Below are positions 37,644 through 48,223 of a stretch of DNA of 64,000 bases, piece after piece (within the stretch, counting starts at the first letter, position 1; each line of letters opens with the position of its first letter). Position numbers and translations under genes: made by a program. The notes beneath the pieces are model-generated. The model was not told the origin of the DNA. It saw nothing but the letters and a program-made list of their open reading frames with translations, and ran no database searches. This DNA is from Bugula neritina (taxonomy: Eukaryota > Animalia > Bryozoa), in contig OZ037766.1 of the NCBI GenBank assembly GCA_964035545.1, positions 11,026,722 to 11,090,721 of the forward strand, written 5' to 3'.

Positions 37644-40600
37644 CTAAGGTGTTGGTTGCTCGGTGGGCTCTTGCACAGTGGGAGGTTCTGGTGGTTCGGG
37701 GTCCAGGAGTGTTGGCTGTGGGGGTGGTTCTTGTACTTCGGGGTTCCTCTCAGGTAAGTTATAGGGAAGTTCCCATTCTCGGGTGGGGGCCGCCCTTCCT
37801 CCCCCGGTGGGTCGTCGTGCTGGCTCCAGGAGTGGTGGTGCTTGTCCTACTGCCCCAGGGCTGGCCCAGTACGGTTTTAAGCGTTTCTCGCTTTGGACGG
37901 AAATCTGTCCGGAGCGTTCTACGCGGTACGTGTGATTGGGTAGCACTTCGATGATGCAGTATGGTCCCACGAACTTGGGCTGTAATTTAGCCGACTGTCC
38001 GCGCTTCCTCCTGTAACTAATCATCCATACCCAATCGCCAGCCTGGTAGAGTGGGGGCTCGTCCGAGTCTTCCCCTCGCACTTGCCATTGCTTTTCCCTT
38101 AAGACTTCATGAGCCGTCCGCATCCTATCAACCAGTTCTCTCACATATTCGTGGACGGGTCCCTCTGGGAGGGGGACGTGGTACGTGAGATGATCTGGGA
38201 CCCGCGTTTCCCGGCCTAGCATTAGGAAATTGGGTGTCTCCTGGGTGCTAGAGTGGGGGGTGCTGCGATATGCACGCATAATCTGGGGTAGCACGGCGTC
38301 CCATTCCTCTTGGCTTCTCCCTAGTAGTAGACTCCTCAGGGCGTCCCCCAGCATTCTGTTGTTGCGTTCCACTACGCCATTTCCTTGGGGGTGGTAGGGG
38401 GTGGTCCTACTTTGGTTGACCCCCCATACCCGACAGAGATCCTTCATCAGCTGTGATTGGAATTGTGCCCCTTGATCTGTGTGGATCTGCTCCGGTAGCC
38501 CGAAATAGCAGAAAACGTGCTGATGTAAAGCTCGGGCTACCGTCGGGGCGGAGGCGTCCGGGATTGCCAAGGCGTCTGCCCACCTAGTAAAATGATCCGT
38601 TAGTACCAGAATCCAGTTGTTTCCACGTGCGGACGTCGGCATGGGACCCACCAAGTCGACTGCAACTGTTTGCCACGGGCGACCGGCGTACAGCCTGCGC
38701 CGTCCCGTGGTCTCGGTAGAACGGCCATGTTTACTCGCCTGGCAGATTTCACATTGCCGGACCTGTAGCCTCACATCCCTTGTCATCCCAGGCCAGTACC
38801 ACCGCATCTGTAGGCACCGAATCACTCTACTGGTCCCCGCATGGGCCTGCTTGTGAGTCTCCCAAATGAGCTCTCTCCGGAGGGGGTATGGGCACACAAC
38901 CCGCTCCCGTTCCTGGTGTTGCCTGTCTGCTGCCAAGGAGATGGTTAGCAACTCGTCTGAGTTGAATTTGAGAGAGTCCCAGCGGTGGCAGAACTGTTGG
39001 AATTCAACGCCCTTCTGCCGCTGCTCCTCTTCACCTGGCCGGCGTCCCTCTTTCTTGGCCCTGAATATCTCTCCCACTACCCCTGGCAGGGTTTCCTGTA
39101 ATCGGCACAAGTCTTGGACATTTTTGGCTAAGATGGGGTTGACCCGAAGGGCCTGAACAGCATCCGCATGGACATCAGATTGCAGTCGGCCTTGCTCCCA
39201 CCTGTAGGCTTCTGTCTCCTTCAGCTGTGTCTCGACTTCCGAGCGGGCGGGTCCCCCGTCCCGCTTCTCTATATGGAGGCATTGCTTGCAGTCTCTCTCT
39301 GGACGACGGCTCAGACCATCAGCATTTCCATGCTTCCGGCCGGCGCGATGTTCAATCCGATATGAGAATTCTGCAAGTATTTCGAGCCACCTGGCAACCT
39401 GGCTGGAGGGTTCGGCCCGTTTGCACAGCCATATCAACGATGCATGGTCAGTTCGTAATCTGAACGTTCTACCATACAGATATGGCCGGAAATGCTTCAC
39501 CGCCTTAACTACTGCTAGGAGTTCCTTCCTGGTCATGCAGTAGTTTCTTTCGGCGGTGGAGAGGGCCTTGCTGTAATACGCCACCACTACCTCGGTGCCG
39601 CCTTGTACCTGGGACAGCACGGCCCCCATACTGTGGTCACTAGCATCTGTATCCAAGATATACTGCTTGGTCGGGTCGGGGTAAGCTAGGATGGGTGCCT
39701 CCACTAGCCGGGCCTTGAGATGATCAAAAGCCTGTTGTTCTTCTTGAGTCCAACGCCACCGGACTCTTTTGGCGGTTAGCCGATTCAATGGCTGTGCCAC
39801 CCCTGCGAATTCGGGGATATATTGCCGATAATATCCCACCAGTCCTAGGAACGCTCTCAGTTCATGGATATCTTGGGGAACAGTCCAGTCTTGTACGGCT
39901 CGTACTTTCTCGGGGTCGGTGGCAACGCCGTCCCGGCTGACCACATGTCCGAGATATTTGACTTCCTGCTGCAGGAGGGCACATTTGGAGGGTTTCAGTT
40001 TTAGCCCGGCGGCCCGGAGACGGTCAAAGACCTCGCGCAGACGACTGACATGAGTCGAAAAGTCTGGCGAGATAACAATGACATCGTCCAGATAGACTAG
40101 CAGCATCTTCCAGTGTAACCCACTGAGGACCTGCTCCATGGCCGGGGCGGATGTCAGCCCGAATGGCAACACCTTCCATTTCCAGAGGCCATCGCGGGTG
40201 ATGAACGCGGCCTTGTCCTGTGCATCAGGACTGAGGGGTACTTGCCAGTATCCACTCAGTAGGTCCAGCGTGCTGAAGTATCTACATCCCGCGAGGGCAT
40301 CTAGCGACTCGTCTATCCGGGGGAGAGGGTAGGCATCCTGGATGGTGACGCTGTTTAACTTGCGGTAATCTACGCAGAATCTCCAGCTCCCATCCTTCTT
40401 TTTGACCAGGACGACTGGTGAGCTCCACGCACCGTGGGCTGGCTCAATCAGGTCCCGATCAAGCAAGTCCTGGACTTGCCGGCTAACCTCCCTCTCCTTC
40501 TCCGGGCCCAACCGTCGAGTGGGTTGTCGTATGGGGGCAGTCCCTGTTACTAGGGGTATCTCGTGCCGCACTACGTTAGTCAACCCCATGTCCTCATCTC

Positions 40601-41858
40601 CTTGGCTGAATACGTCCTGGTATTCTCGAAGTAACTGGGCCATCCGTTGGCGCTCCACGTTGCTTCCACAACCACCACAGGCTCCCTGGTACAATTCCGC
40701 CACATGCTCTGGGACTGGCCCCATGCCAGACTTCAGGGGGCGACTCGGTGTCTCCGACGTCGCCTCGAGTGTGGGCCCAACATCAGTCTCCTGAACCGAG
40801 TGATACCTGCCCACCAGTGAACCAGCCGGTAACTTCACCGGCTCCGCGTAGGGGTTGATGCACTGCACCAGGAACTCTCCACGGCAGTCTAGCCGATTTA
40901 GGCTGTTTGCCAACTGTACCTTTCCGTGCATGCCCTCCACAACCCCTAGTTCAGAGATCTCCTTGCAGTTGACCCTGCAGAGGAGTGTAGCCTGAGAGCG
41001 CCCGGGTATTAGGCTGTCCCGGACCACCTGTACGCCTCCTACCAGAGGCCTGCCGAACTTATCCACGCAGGTAAGTTCCTTGCCATCCACCACTATTGCT
41101 GACTTGTTGAAGTCCATGTGGCATTGGTGCTCCTCAAGGAAGGGCATGCCAAGGATAGCATCCTCCTTCAGGTGACTCACTATGAAGGTCTCGTGGATTA
41201 CGAGATCCCGAACTTTTCCGGGTAGTGAGATGAGGCCGTAAAATGGTATCCTCGATCCGTCCGCCAACGTACCGTGCTCACCATCATACGGCTTGAGGCT
41301 TTCCCGTTCCCAAGCGCCAAGAGTGTCGAAGAGACGCCTACTCAGAAGGTTTGTGGTGCACCCGGTGTCCAACAGGAAGGTGGCAGCTTTGCCCGCAATC
41401 TTGCCGGGCAGGAAATAGCTGCTTCCGTATGGTTGGGTGTGCTTCGAGTAGTCTGTCTCTGGGGGAGACACTTCTTGGGTCTGGACGGTAGGCCTCTTAC
41501 ACGTCCTAGGGACCACGGGGGTTTTCTGAGGTTTGGAGGGCAGTCGGGGGAAATCCCGGTCGGAATCAGTATCCTCCTCCACAACCTCCTCGGGTAACCC
41601 CGCGAACCGGTTGTTGAGTGGCCAAGCTGGAGGTTCGGGCAGGCCTTTCGGCCTCCAAGTTCTCCGGGGAGCTTGCCATTCGGATGAGGGGGGTTTCGTC
41701 TGCGCCTCCCTGGGTGCAGAGTAAACCCTCCTCGGGTGAGTCTGGAGACTCGGCCTGCGGGTGGCGGAGATTACCGCAGGCCTTGGGTGTTTAACGGACC
41801 GCTGCGTCCTCGGGGACAGTCTCGTTGCACATGACCGGTTGTCCCACACTTCCAACAC
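37644..41858 (-). CDS. pol: Gypsy Pol: protease, reverse transcriptase, RNase H, integrase
   Basis: LLDTGC; WRFCVDYRKLN, YLDD; DTDAS..ELLAVV..TDH; HHCC zinc finger, DLVGP..HTDQG..ERNNR, GPY motif. Confidence 0.96.
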   Translation of the reverse strand: MLEVWDNRSCATRLSPRTQRSVKHPRPAVISATRRPSLQTHPRRVYSAPREAQTKPPSSEWQAPRRTWRPKGLPEPPAWPLNNRFAGLPEEVVEEDTDSDRDFPRLPSKPQKTPVVPRTCKRPTVQTQEVSPPETDYSKHTQPYGSSYFLPGKIAGKAATFLLDTGCTTNLLSRRLFDTLGAWERESLKPYDGEHGTLADGSRIPFYGLISLPGKVRDLVIHETFIVSHLKEDAILGMPFLEEHQCHMDFNKSAIVVDGKELTCVDKFGRPLVGGVQVVRDSLIPGRSQATLLCRVNCKEISELGVVEGMHGKVQLANSLNRLDCRGEFLVQCINPYAEPVKLPAGSLVGRYHSVQETDVGPTLEATSETPSRPLKSGMGPVPEHVAELYQGACGGCGSNVERQRMAQLLREYQDVFSQGDEDMGLTNVVRHEIPLVTGTAPIRQPTRRLGPEKEREVSRQVQDLLDRDLIEPAHGAWSSPVVLVKKKDGSWRFCVDYRKLNSVTIQDAYPLPRIDESLDALAGCRYFSTLDLLSGYWQVPLSPDAQDKAAFITRDGLWKWKVLPFGLTSAPAMEQVLSGLHWKMLLVYLDDVIVISPDFSTHVSRLREVFDRLRAAGLKLKPSKCALLQQEVKYLGHVVSRDGVATDPEKVRAVQDWTVPQDIHELRAFLGLVGYYRQYIPEFAGVAQPLNRLTAKRVRWRWTQEEQQAFDHLKARLVEAPILAYPDPTKQYILDTDASDHSMGAVLSQVQGGTEVVVAYYSKALSTAERNYCMTRKELLAVVKAVKHFRPYLYGRTFRLRTDHASLIWLCKRAEPSSQVARWLEILAEFSYRIEHRAGRKHGNADGLSRRPERDCKQCLHIEKRDGGPARSEVETQLKETEAYRWEQGRLQSDVHADAVQALRVNPILAKNVQDLCRLQETLPGVVGEIFRAKKEGRRPGEEEQRQKGVEFQQFCHRWDSLKFNSDELLTISLAADRQHQERERVVCPYPLRRELIWETHKQAHAGTSRVIRCLQMRWYWPGMTRDVRLQVRQCEICQASKHGRSTETTGRRRLYAGRPWQTVAVDLVGPMPTSARGNNWILVLTDHFTRWADALAIPDASAPTVARALHQHVFCYFGLPEQIHTDQGAQFQSQLMKDLCRVWGVNQSRTTPYHPQGNGVVERNNRMLGDALRSLLLGRSQEEWDAVLPQIMRAYRSTPHSSTQETPNFLMLGRETRVPDHLTYHVPLPEGPVHEYVRELVDRMRTAHEVLREKQWQVRGEDSDEPPLYQAGDWVWMISYRRKRGQSAKLQPKFVGPYCIIEVLPNHTYRVERSGQISVQSEKRLKPYWASPGAVGQAPPLLEPARRPTGGGRAAPTREWELPYNLPERNPEVQEPPPQPTLLDPEPPEPPTVQEPTEQPTP
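41752..41795 (-). other. Putative -1 programmed ribosomal frameshift signal (gag-pol)
   Basis: G_TTA_AAC at 41795-41789 in the gag frame, pol is in the -1 frame, 6-nt spacer, then a perfect 9-bp stem GGCCTGCGG/CCGCAGGCC. Confidence 0.75.
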
Positions 41859-42871
41859 GTGAGAGAAGACCCTTCGGGGCGACTACTACGTGGCTGATTC
41901 GGCCGGCTAGTAGTTTGGGCCCGTCTCAGGGCCTTAACTTCGGCCTGTAGATCTCGCACCACCTCCAGTACCATGGAGACTTCGGCTGAGGTCGATGGGG
42001 TAGTTGCAGTAGCTGCTACCCTAGGCTCTAACTGAGCGTCCTTGTTGGGCTGACTACCGTATGACCGATCCGGTCTGTCAGTAGTTTGGGCCCGTCGCAA
42101 TGTTGCGACCTCTCCTTGCAGTTTGTCCACCACCTCCAATACCATAGAGAGTTCGGGTGGGGTTGGTGGTGTAGTGGCGGCGGCCGCTACTTGAGGCATC
42201 GGCCGAATGTCTTCGGCAACCTCTCCCCAGTCTGACTCGACTCGTCGGGCACTGCTGTCGCAGTCCTGACTCCCGCCGATCTGGTAGTACGCCTTTCCTC
42301 TAATCAGAGCAGCCTCAATAGTGTCGACCCCAGCTGCCAAGAGATACCGTTGCAGGCTCAGGTTATTGAGCGATTGCAGGAAGATATCAAAGGTGATGGC
42401 CTGGCGTGACTCCAGGTCTACGTTACCGTAGGCTACCTGGACTAGCTGCTCCACTTTGTTGGCGTGATCCTGTAGTGAGACCCTACGGTCTCGTCGGAGT
42501 CCTTGCAGGCGGGCTCTCGCGTTCCGGACGGTAAGTCCGAAGCGGCCGCGCAGAGCCTCAATGATGTGGTCCCTATTCGGGCCTACCGCATAAGGTTTGG
42601 CTCGACCTGTCAGGCAGGACCGTAGTTGCAGTAATTCCACCTGGGCCGGCCACTGGGAGGCCACGACCACCTCGCGGAATTCTTGTAGAAATTGCTCTAC
42701 ATTTCCTTCACCGTCGAAGACTGGCGCTTTAAGGCGAAACCTGTCACCAGGTGGAGCCTGTGCAGCTGCCCTGTCTTCCCAGAGAGTCCGAATCAATGTC
42801 TCTAGGGTGAAGCGTCCTCCTGCTGGTTCATCATCAGGCCCGAGCTCTGGCGCTGGCCTCAATGGATCCAT
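41771..42871 (-). CDS. gag: Gypsy Gag with CCHC zinc knuckle
   Basis: Follows the PBS. KAPVFDG..EQFL capsid start and CWKCGTTGHVQRDC knuckle. Confidence 0.93.
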   Translation of the reverse strand: MDPLRPAPELGPDDEPAGGRFTLETLIRTLWEDRAAAQAPPGDRFRLKAPVFDGEGNVEQFLQEFREVVVASQWPAQVELLQLRSCLTGRAKPYAVGPNRDHIIEALRGRFGLTVRNARARLQGLRRDRRVSLQDHANKVEQLVQVAYGNVDLESRQAITFDIFLQSLNNLSLQRYLLAAGVDTIEAALIRGKAYYQIGGSQDCDSSARRVESDWGEVAEDIRPMPQVAAAATTPPTPPELSMVLEVVDKLQGEVATLRRAQTTDRPDRSYGSQPNKDAQLEPRVAATATTPSTSAEVSMVLEVVRDLQAEVKALRRAQTTSRPNQPRSSRPEGSSLTCWKCGTTGHVQRDCPRGRSGPLNTQGLR

Positions 42872-42921
42872 TGTTGTCTCTCCCCGTAGGGGAGCATCAG
42901 CTTAGTCTGTACCAGACGATT

Positions 42922-42939
42922 ATCCCACCGCTGCCACCA
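42922..42939 (-). other. Primer binding site complementary to the tRNA-Leu 3' end
   Basis: TGGTGGCAGCGGTGGGAT one base after the 5' LTR; its complement ATCCCACCGCTGCCACCA is the eukaryotic tRNA-Leu 3' end. Confidence 0.88.
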
Positions 42940-42940
42940 G

Positions 42941-43678
42941 TGTAATAATTTTATGCGTAGAATGTTATAATTCGCTGCATGCAATTATTTGTGTGGGTTG
43001 CTAGCTGATTGAACACAGTGACTCTTTGTGAGAGTACTTAGGACACAGTGACTCTTTGTAGGGGGGTATTTATGCACAAATAAATAAGAAATTTGATACT
43101 CACAATCCCTTTATTTTACTCCACAATACATAAATTCAAAAATAGAAAGTTAGCGAGGACAACTCCTTACATCATGTGGAAAACTTACTAGTAACTGTTA
43201 AACAAAGTATAAGATAATTAATTAAATATATAAGTGTCCTGGCTTGGTAGCTCTGAGATGTGTCCTGTTGTGCTGCTGGCTGAAGACTGAATCTACTGAG
43301 ATGAGGGCCTCCTTTTATATGTTGGGAAACAGTCCAACTAGAATGTTCCGTGCGAATTCGCTCGAATCGCAGGGGATTCGCAGGGCCAGAACAAAGGTTT
43401 CGCTCGAATCGAGCGAACTTCGCAGGGAAATCCCGGTTATCTTGATTATATAAGCGTTCCTGTGAGCCGTCAGAAACAATAGCTAATCCAGTCACGTCAG
43501 TAGTAATAAGTAGCTGGGAATAATAGCTAATCCCATCATTGCCAACATAACACTTAGCTGTTACAATACTATGGCTATGTAATGATATATATCTAGGAAA
43601 ACACGCATTCCATGGGAATAAAGTTAATAATAGTAAGGGAATACAGGCAACAATTACAATATACACAATTTTACCACA
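42941..43678 (-). repeat. 5' LTR (738 bp)
   Basis: Direct repeat of 36111-36858. Minus-strand TATA-like ATATAAAAGG and AATAAA. Confidence 0.97.
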
Positions 43679-45551
43679 GTATTACTAGCTCCAAGACTCA
43701 AGAGTATATGTCAGTTTTAATTTCTTCTATTAAAAGATTAACTCCAAAAGCAAGTATTTATTTTCATTCTTCTGTTATTATTAACTCTTTGAGAAAGTCT
43801 ATTTGTTCCAGTTTCTTTTATTAACTCTAAGAGTAAATATGTTTATATCTTTTAATTTCATTTAGGTAAAATAGACCATCAGCTGGCTATTGTATAAGCC
43901 TGAGCAATTACAAAATCACATTTTCAAGTACAAATGTAGGTACTCCAGCACATGAACAGTTAAGAAAGGAATACTGTGCAAATCTCGGAAATTGTATTTT
44001 GAAGGGCTTTTAGAAACAGTGAGAGAAACCTGCTTACGGCATTCTTCATTTTGCCAACCAAAAACAAAGGCTCCCCAGTTATAGACTACCACTAGCTGGC
44101 TACTGCATTGATGATATGGTTGTACAGGAGTCTGTGATTGGTGTAAAAAGTCTGCAAAGGCACACGGTTAAGTATAGGCTCAAACTAAAAGAACCAGAAG
44201 GTCTTGACTGAGGCTAGTTGCTATGAGTTGCTTAATACACAGAAGCTCTTGTGGACATTTGCAAATTCCGAGAAAAGCTAAGCTCACTCTGTGGGAAGGG
44301 CTGTTTCACTTCTGTAAATTATTAGTTGGTCAGTACCTGGTGGCTTTGAGATTATGGTATCTTTTTATAAAGAGTGATATGCAGCAGATTCTTGGATGTT
44401 CAGTGGCACAGTGGTTCAGTTTCTTGCAAGAGTGAGAGGAAAGACTCAGGATGCTTGACATTTGAACCCTTTCGATCATGTCACCATGGAAATGAATATC
44501 AGCAATTCTTGCCACAGTAGTAGCTTTGAAAGGTGATGGCAACATTATGAAGAGTCCTTCATGGCTAGAAAAAGAGTACTTTGTGTTTGTAGAAAAAGGG
44601 CTGCTGAAACTTAGATGAATTGGTGTTTTGGAGTGATATGATTACTAAATATGGCTTTATAATATTGGGGATTTTTTGTGCCTACAATTGAAAAGGCAGT
44701 TCATATGATAAGTGTACACAGGAGGTGGTTTAAAAAATGTTGACGAAACAAGCAAGTTGTCTGTATCCTGTTCACTGAGATCAGCTGTGAACTTGCAGGA
44801 ACAACTGAAATGAAATCGGAGCTGTGGGGCGTATCAATAAATTGATCCTGTTATACAGAGAGAAGTTTAGTGTTGAGGACTCTTGACTATTGAATCGAGT
44901 TTGCAAATATCAGTATTTTAAGGTTTATCTCATTTTCTCTTTTACTTAGGAAGCGACCTTGATGTACATTTCTTATCTTTTGTGCAAAAGAAGTTAATTT
45001 ACAAATTTTCACCCATATCTCTCTTACAAGTCACAAAATTAAAATCCCACATCATAATAAAGCTGGTTTGAGTTTTCCAGTAATGCAAAGGGTACTAGAC
45101 AAGTTTTTGTGGAACATGAGCATAATTGTAAACTTGAAACCCATCCAAAGACTCACCTGTATCTACTGGCACAATAATGTAATGAATGTTTTTAGGAAAG
45201 CAGAAAGTACTAATTTTGTAGGCATTTTCATGCTAAATGCTAAATTGAAAAGGTTTTTCTTCAACTTCTATTTTATGGCAAAAAGGTTAAAAAATTATTA
45301 TTAGAGACAGTTTTGGTACCTGAGTCTTGGAAAGTTGCTAGCACTGGTTGAAAAAATATATAGCCAATAAACCTATAAATGAGCAATTTTCTAAGATCGA
45401 CCTGAAACTCATGAAAGTGCAACTCTGTAGTTTTGAACAAAAATTTATGCTGCTCTGAAGCAGCTGTGGTGTAGTGGTTAGAGTCTTGGCCATTGAACTA
45501 TAACTCCCCTACAAGGAAGTTTCAGTTCATTGGTGTTGACCTAGCAAACAC

Positions 45552-46677
45552 CAGTGTGGTATATTTAGGAGTGCCGACTTTAGGAAATCTTAGGGAATCA
45601 TATGGGCATCATTATGCCGCAATTGGTACCTCGAGTTTATATAAGTTATAAAGGGAAAATTTTGCCACTTTTGTTATTTTATTATTATTTTTTATTTTAT
45701 GTTTACATTCTTTTAATTTTGTTTATTGATAAAGCTTTTAAGCACATTTTTTTATGCATATAAAATTAAAAAAAATTTAAAACTCACTCATGCACGTAAA
45801 TACAAAGCTATAAAGTTTAAGCTTCGCTGTAATTACAATGTGAATATTAATTGAATAATGCTTGCAATAACCATTTTACTCAAAACACATTACAGTTGCT
45901 ATAAATGATCTCAGCGATCTCAGCGAGATCGATCTGAGAAATGTGCTCAGATCGATCGTTTTTCCATGGGAGTGTCAGATCGATCTCGAGAAGTTGCCTC
46001 CTCTTAAGTGAAGGATACTTTATAAGTATAATTTGTTCACCTATTTGAGTGATTAAAGCTACTACTGTTGAAAATAAGATGGTCGTAGTCTAAAATTTAA
46101 TCCCAGCTATAAACTATACGCAGCAAAGCTTTCAGTGTATGGTAATTTGGCCAATTTGAAATAATTAATTTTAATTTTTTAGCTTGACAGCTTATATAAA
46201 ATTAATGGCTGTCTTGCAGATTATTAATAAACTTACAGGACTGTTAGGCTTAAAATTACAAAAAAAATAGCTAATGAAACTAAGTTTTAATAGTCATTTA
46301 AACTCAATTTAAATTCTCCCATTTTTTTACCTTCTACTGCATATAATTGAGTTTTCTTAATCATTGTACTGAAAGTCAAAGTTTTGGCATCTGAAAAGGT
46401 GGCTATCATAATTATTTAATACTTTGCTTAGTAATTATCAATAAGTTATCATTTTTATTAGCAGACAACATTGTAGCGCGCAGTCTTTTTTTACTTCTCA
46501 GATCGATCTGGCGTCTTTCCATGGTCTTATTGACATGAGATCGATCTGAGTTCGAGCTCCACAGACCGACCAACTCAGATCGATGGAGATCGATCTTTGG
46601 CGTCTTTCCATGGATCGATCTCGCTGAGATCGATCTGAGATCGGTACATGGAAAGCCGGTGTATATATACCACACTG
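45552..46677. mobile_element. hAT-like MITE with perfect 8-bp TSD GCAAACAC
   Basis: TIR CAGTGTGGTATAT / ATATACCACACTG. TSD at 45544-45551 and 46678-46685. Confidence 0.85.
45907..46661. mobile_element. Second CACTA-like GATCGATC-repeat element (left terminus missing), inside the hAT MITE
   Basis: Colinear with 29209-29682; right end CATGGAAAGCCGGTG. Confidence 0.75.
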
Positions 46678-48223
46678 GCAAACACGGGTCAAAGTTCAAA
46701 CACCTGTGGTGATGTTATGAAGAACACCCAGTTATAATTGCTCATGTGCCACACCAGAAAAAAATTATTGGCCTGATTAAAAAAGCCTTTCATCATGGGT
46801 TCTCACAGGGGTAGTGACTATAAACCCACATGAGTTTTTAGTTGCTCTGTACTAACACTAGTATATTTTATGTTCAAATGTTTTTATCGGACCTCATCTA
46901 ATTTTACATAGGTAATACAAAATATTCTTGCTATAATCATATTGTGCGTTGCTGTTTATCCAAATTGTGTTTTGGTTTTTAGGGCAACATGGGTACCAAT
47001 TATCATAATGAGGTTCTGAGATTGGCCCGAGTAATAGAGCGGAAACAGCTTGCAAGATCAGCTTTTGAGGTTTGCAAACAAAAAATTAATATCTACTGAA
47101 AAATAAGTTTCACCTTTTAGTCTCTATGTCTCTGAGCAAACCAAACACAAGCCCTCAGATTATGTAGTACAGATATTTAGCTGGATGACAAGTTGTACTC
47201 TTCTGTGGTATATGGCGGAGACACAAATATCTCTGTTTTATATTCACCTTTAGGAGTCTTTTGGCAATGATGAAGTAAATACTCAGAAAGTTTTGCATGA
47301 AATTACACAGAAAAGGGCCATTGATGAAAGTAACAGTTCATCTATCAGGTGAATAAAAGTTTGGGTATGATAATAGGGCAAGCTGTGGATGTCTAACTCT
47401 GGTGGTAGAGCTTTGAACTTGGACAATTTAAAGTTCAAACCCCACCCACCACTGACATGTTATTCTCTTCATTGTGTGACATATATGAATCAAAAGTTAC
47501 TCAGTTATAATTTTTAGTTTTTTTATTTTTAGCCTCATAATTTCATATAACAAACTATATAGTAATATTACATAGATCTGTCAGTTTTCACTATAATTGT
47601 TTTTTTCTGCCACCAACACCGAATTAGAGTTGTCCTACCTTTACTAACCAACCACTGCACTACAAGCAGTAGGTACAACAGTAACTAATAACATAACTTT
47701 TGACAAAACTCATGTTTATAAAGTTTGCTGTTTGATATATGAGCTGCTGAATATGCTAACCGCATGGCGTGATGAAGGTACATATAAAATAATAATTCCT
47801 ATCAATGAGAAAATTTTGAATGATATATTCTTCTAAAATATTCTAAAAAGTGTTTATAAGATATCTTTTCAAAAATGTTTTGAGCTAAACTTGTTGCAAA
47901 AAATAAAACTTATAATTTTTGAGAAGAGTTGGAAAGTCTGTCGAAATATTTTCTCAGCAGCTATCTGGACTGTTAGTATAAAATAATCAGTAATCTTGAA
48001 GGCATGTAACAATATGTAGAGGAGGGTGGGGATAGTTGAACCAAAAAATTGCGTTTTTGAACATAGGTTTTGAAGAAAGTTATTACTAATCTAAAGACCA
48101 GCACTATGAAATCGGTCATATGTTGCAGTCTTTGTCCATTAAAACTAATTAAATAACATTTTATGCACCAAGATAAAGCCAATTTTTTGCTTCTGAGTTT
48201 TTTGCCACAACACACCAGGTATA

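Larger units (their letters stand above)
36111..43678 (-). mobile_element. Full-length Ty3/Gypsy LTR retrotransposon, recent insertion
   Basis: TG..CA LTRs at 42941-43678 (5') and 36111-36858 (3'). 4-bp TSD GTAT (36107-36110, 43679-43682). PBS, PPT, gag and pol present in PR-RT-RH-IN order. Confidence 0.98.
45460..46840 (+). mobile_element. tRNA-derived SINE split by a hAT MITE (SINE parts 45460-45551 and 46678-46840)
   Basis: A-box-like TGGTGTAGTGG and B-box-like GTTCAAAC. The rejoined sequence aligns with the uninterrupted copy at 61107-61320. Confidence 0.7.

Noticed and set aside
37256-42905. Numerous + strand ORFs within the Gypsy element
   Set aside because: Antisense shadows of GC-rich gag/pol coding sequence.
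43172-43666. 164-aa ORF with a hydrophobic N-terminus inside the 5' LTR (split into 36342-36659 and 36508-36861 in the 3' LTR)
   Set aside because: It runs through U3 repeats and the TATA region, is broken by a 10-bp indel in the other LTR, and has no recognisable domain; probably chance.
45460-45540. tRNA-like head TGGTGTAGTGGTTAG
   Set aside because: No cloverleaf; it continues into a SINE body seen again at 61107.
45907-46661. Spaced GATCGATC repeats resembling a CRISPR or iteron array
   Set aside because: Eukaryotic context, irregular spacing, no cas genes; these are subterminal repeats of a CACTA-like element.
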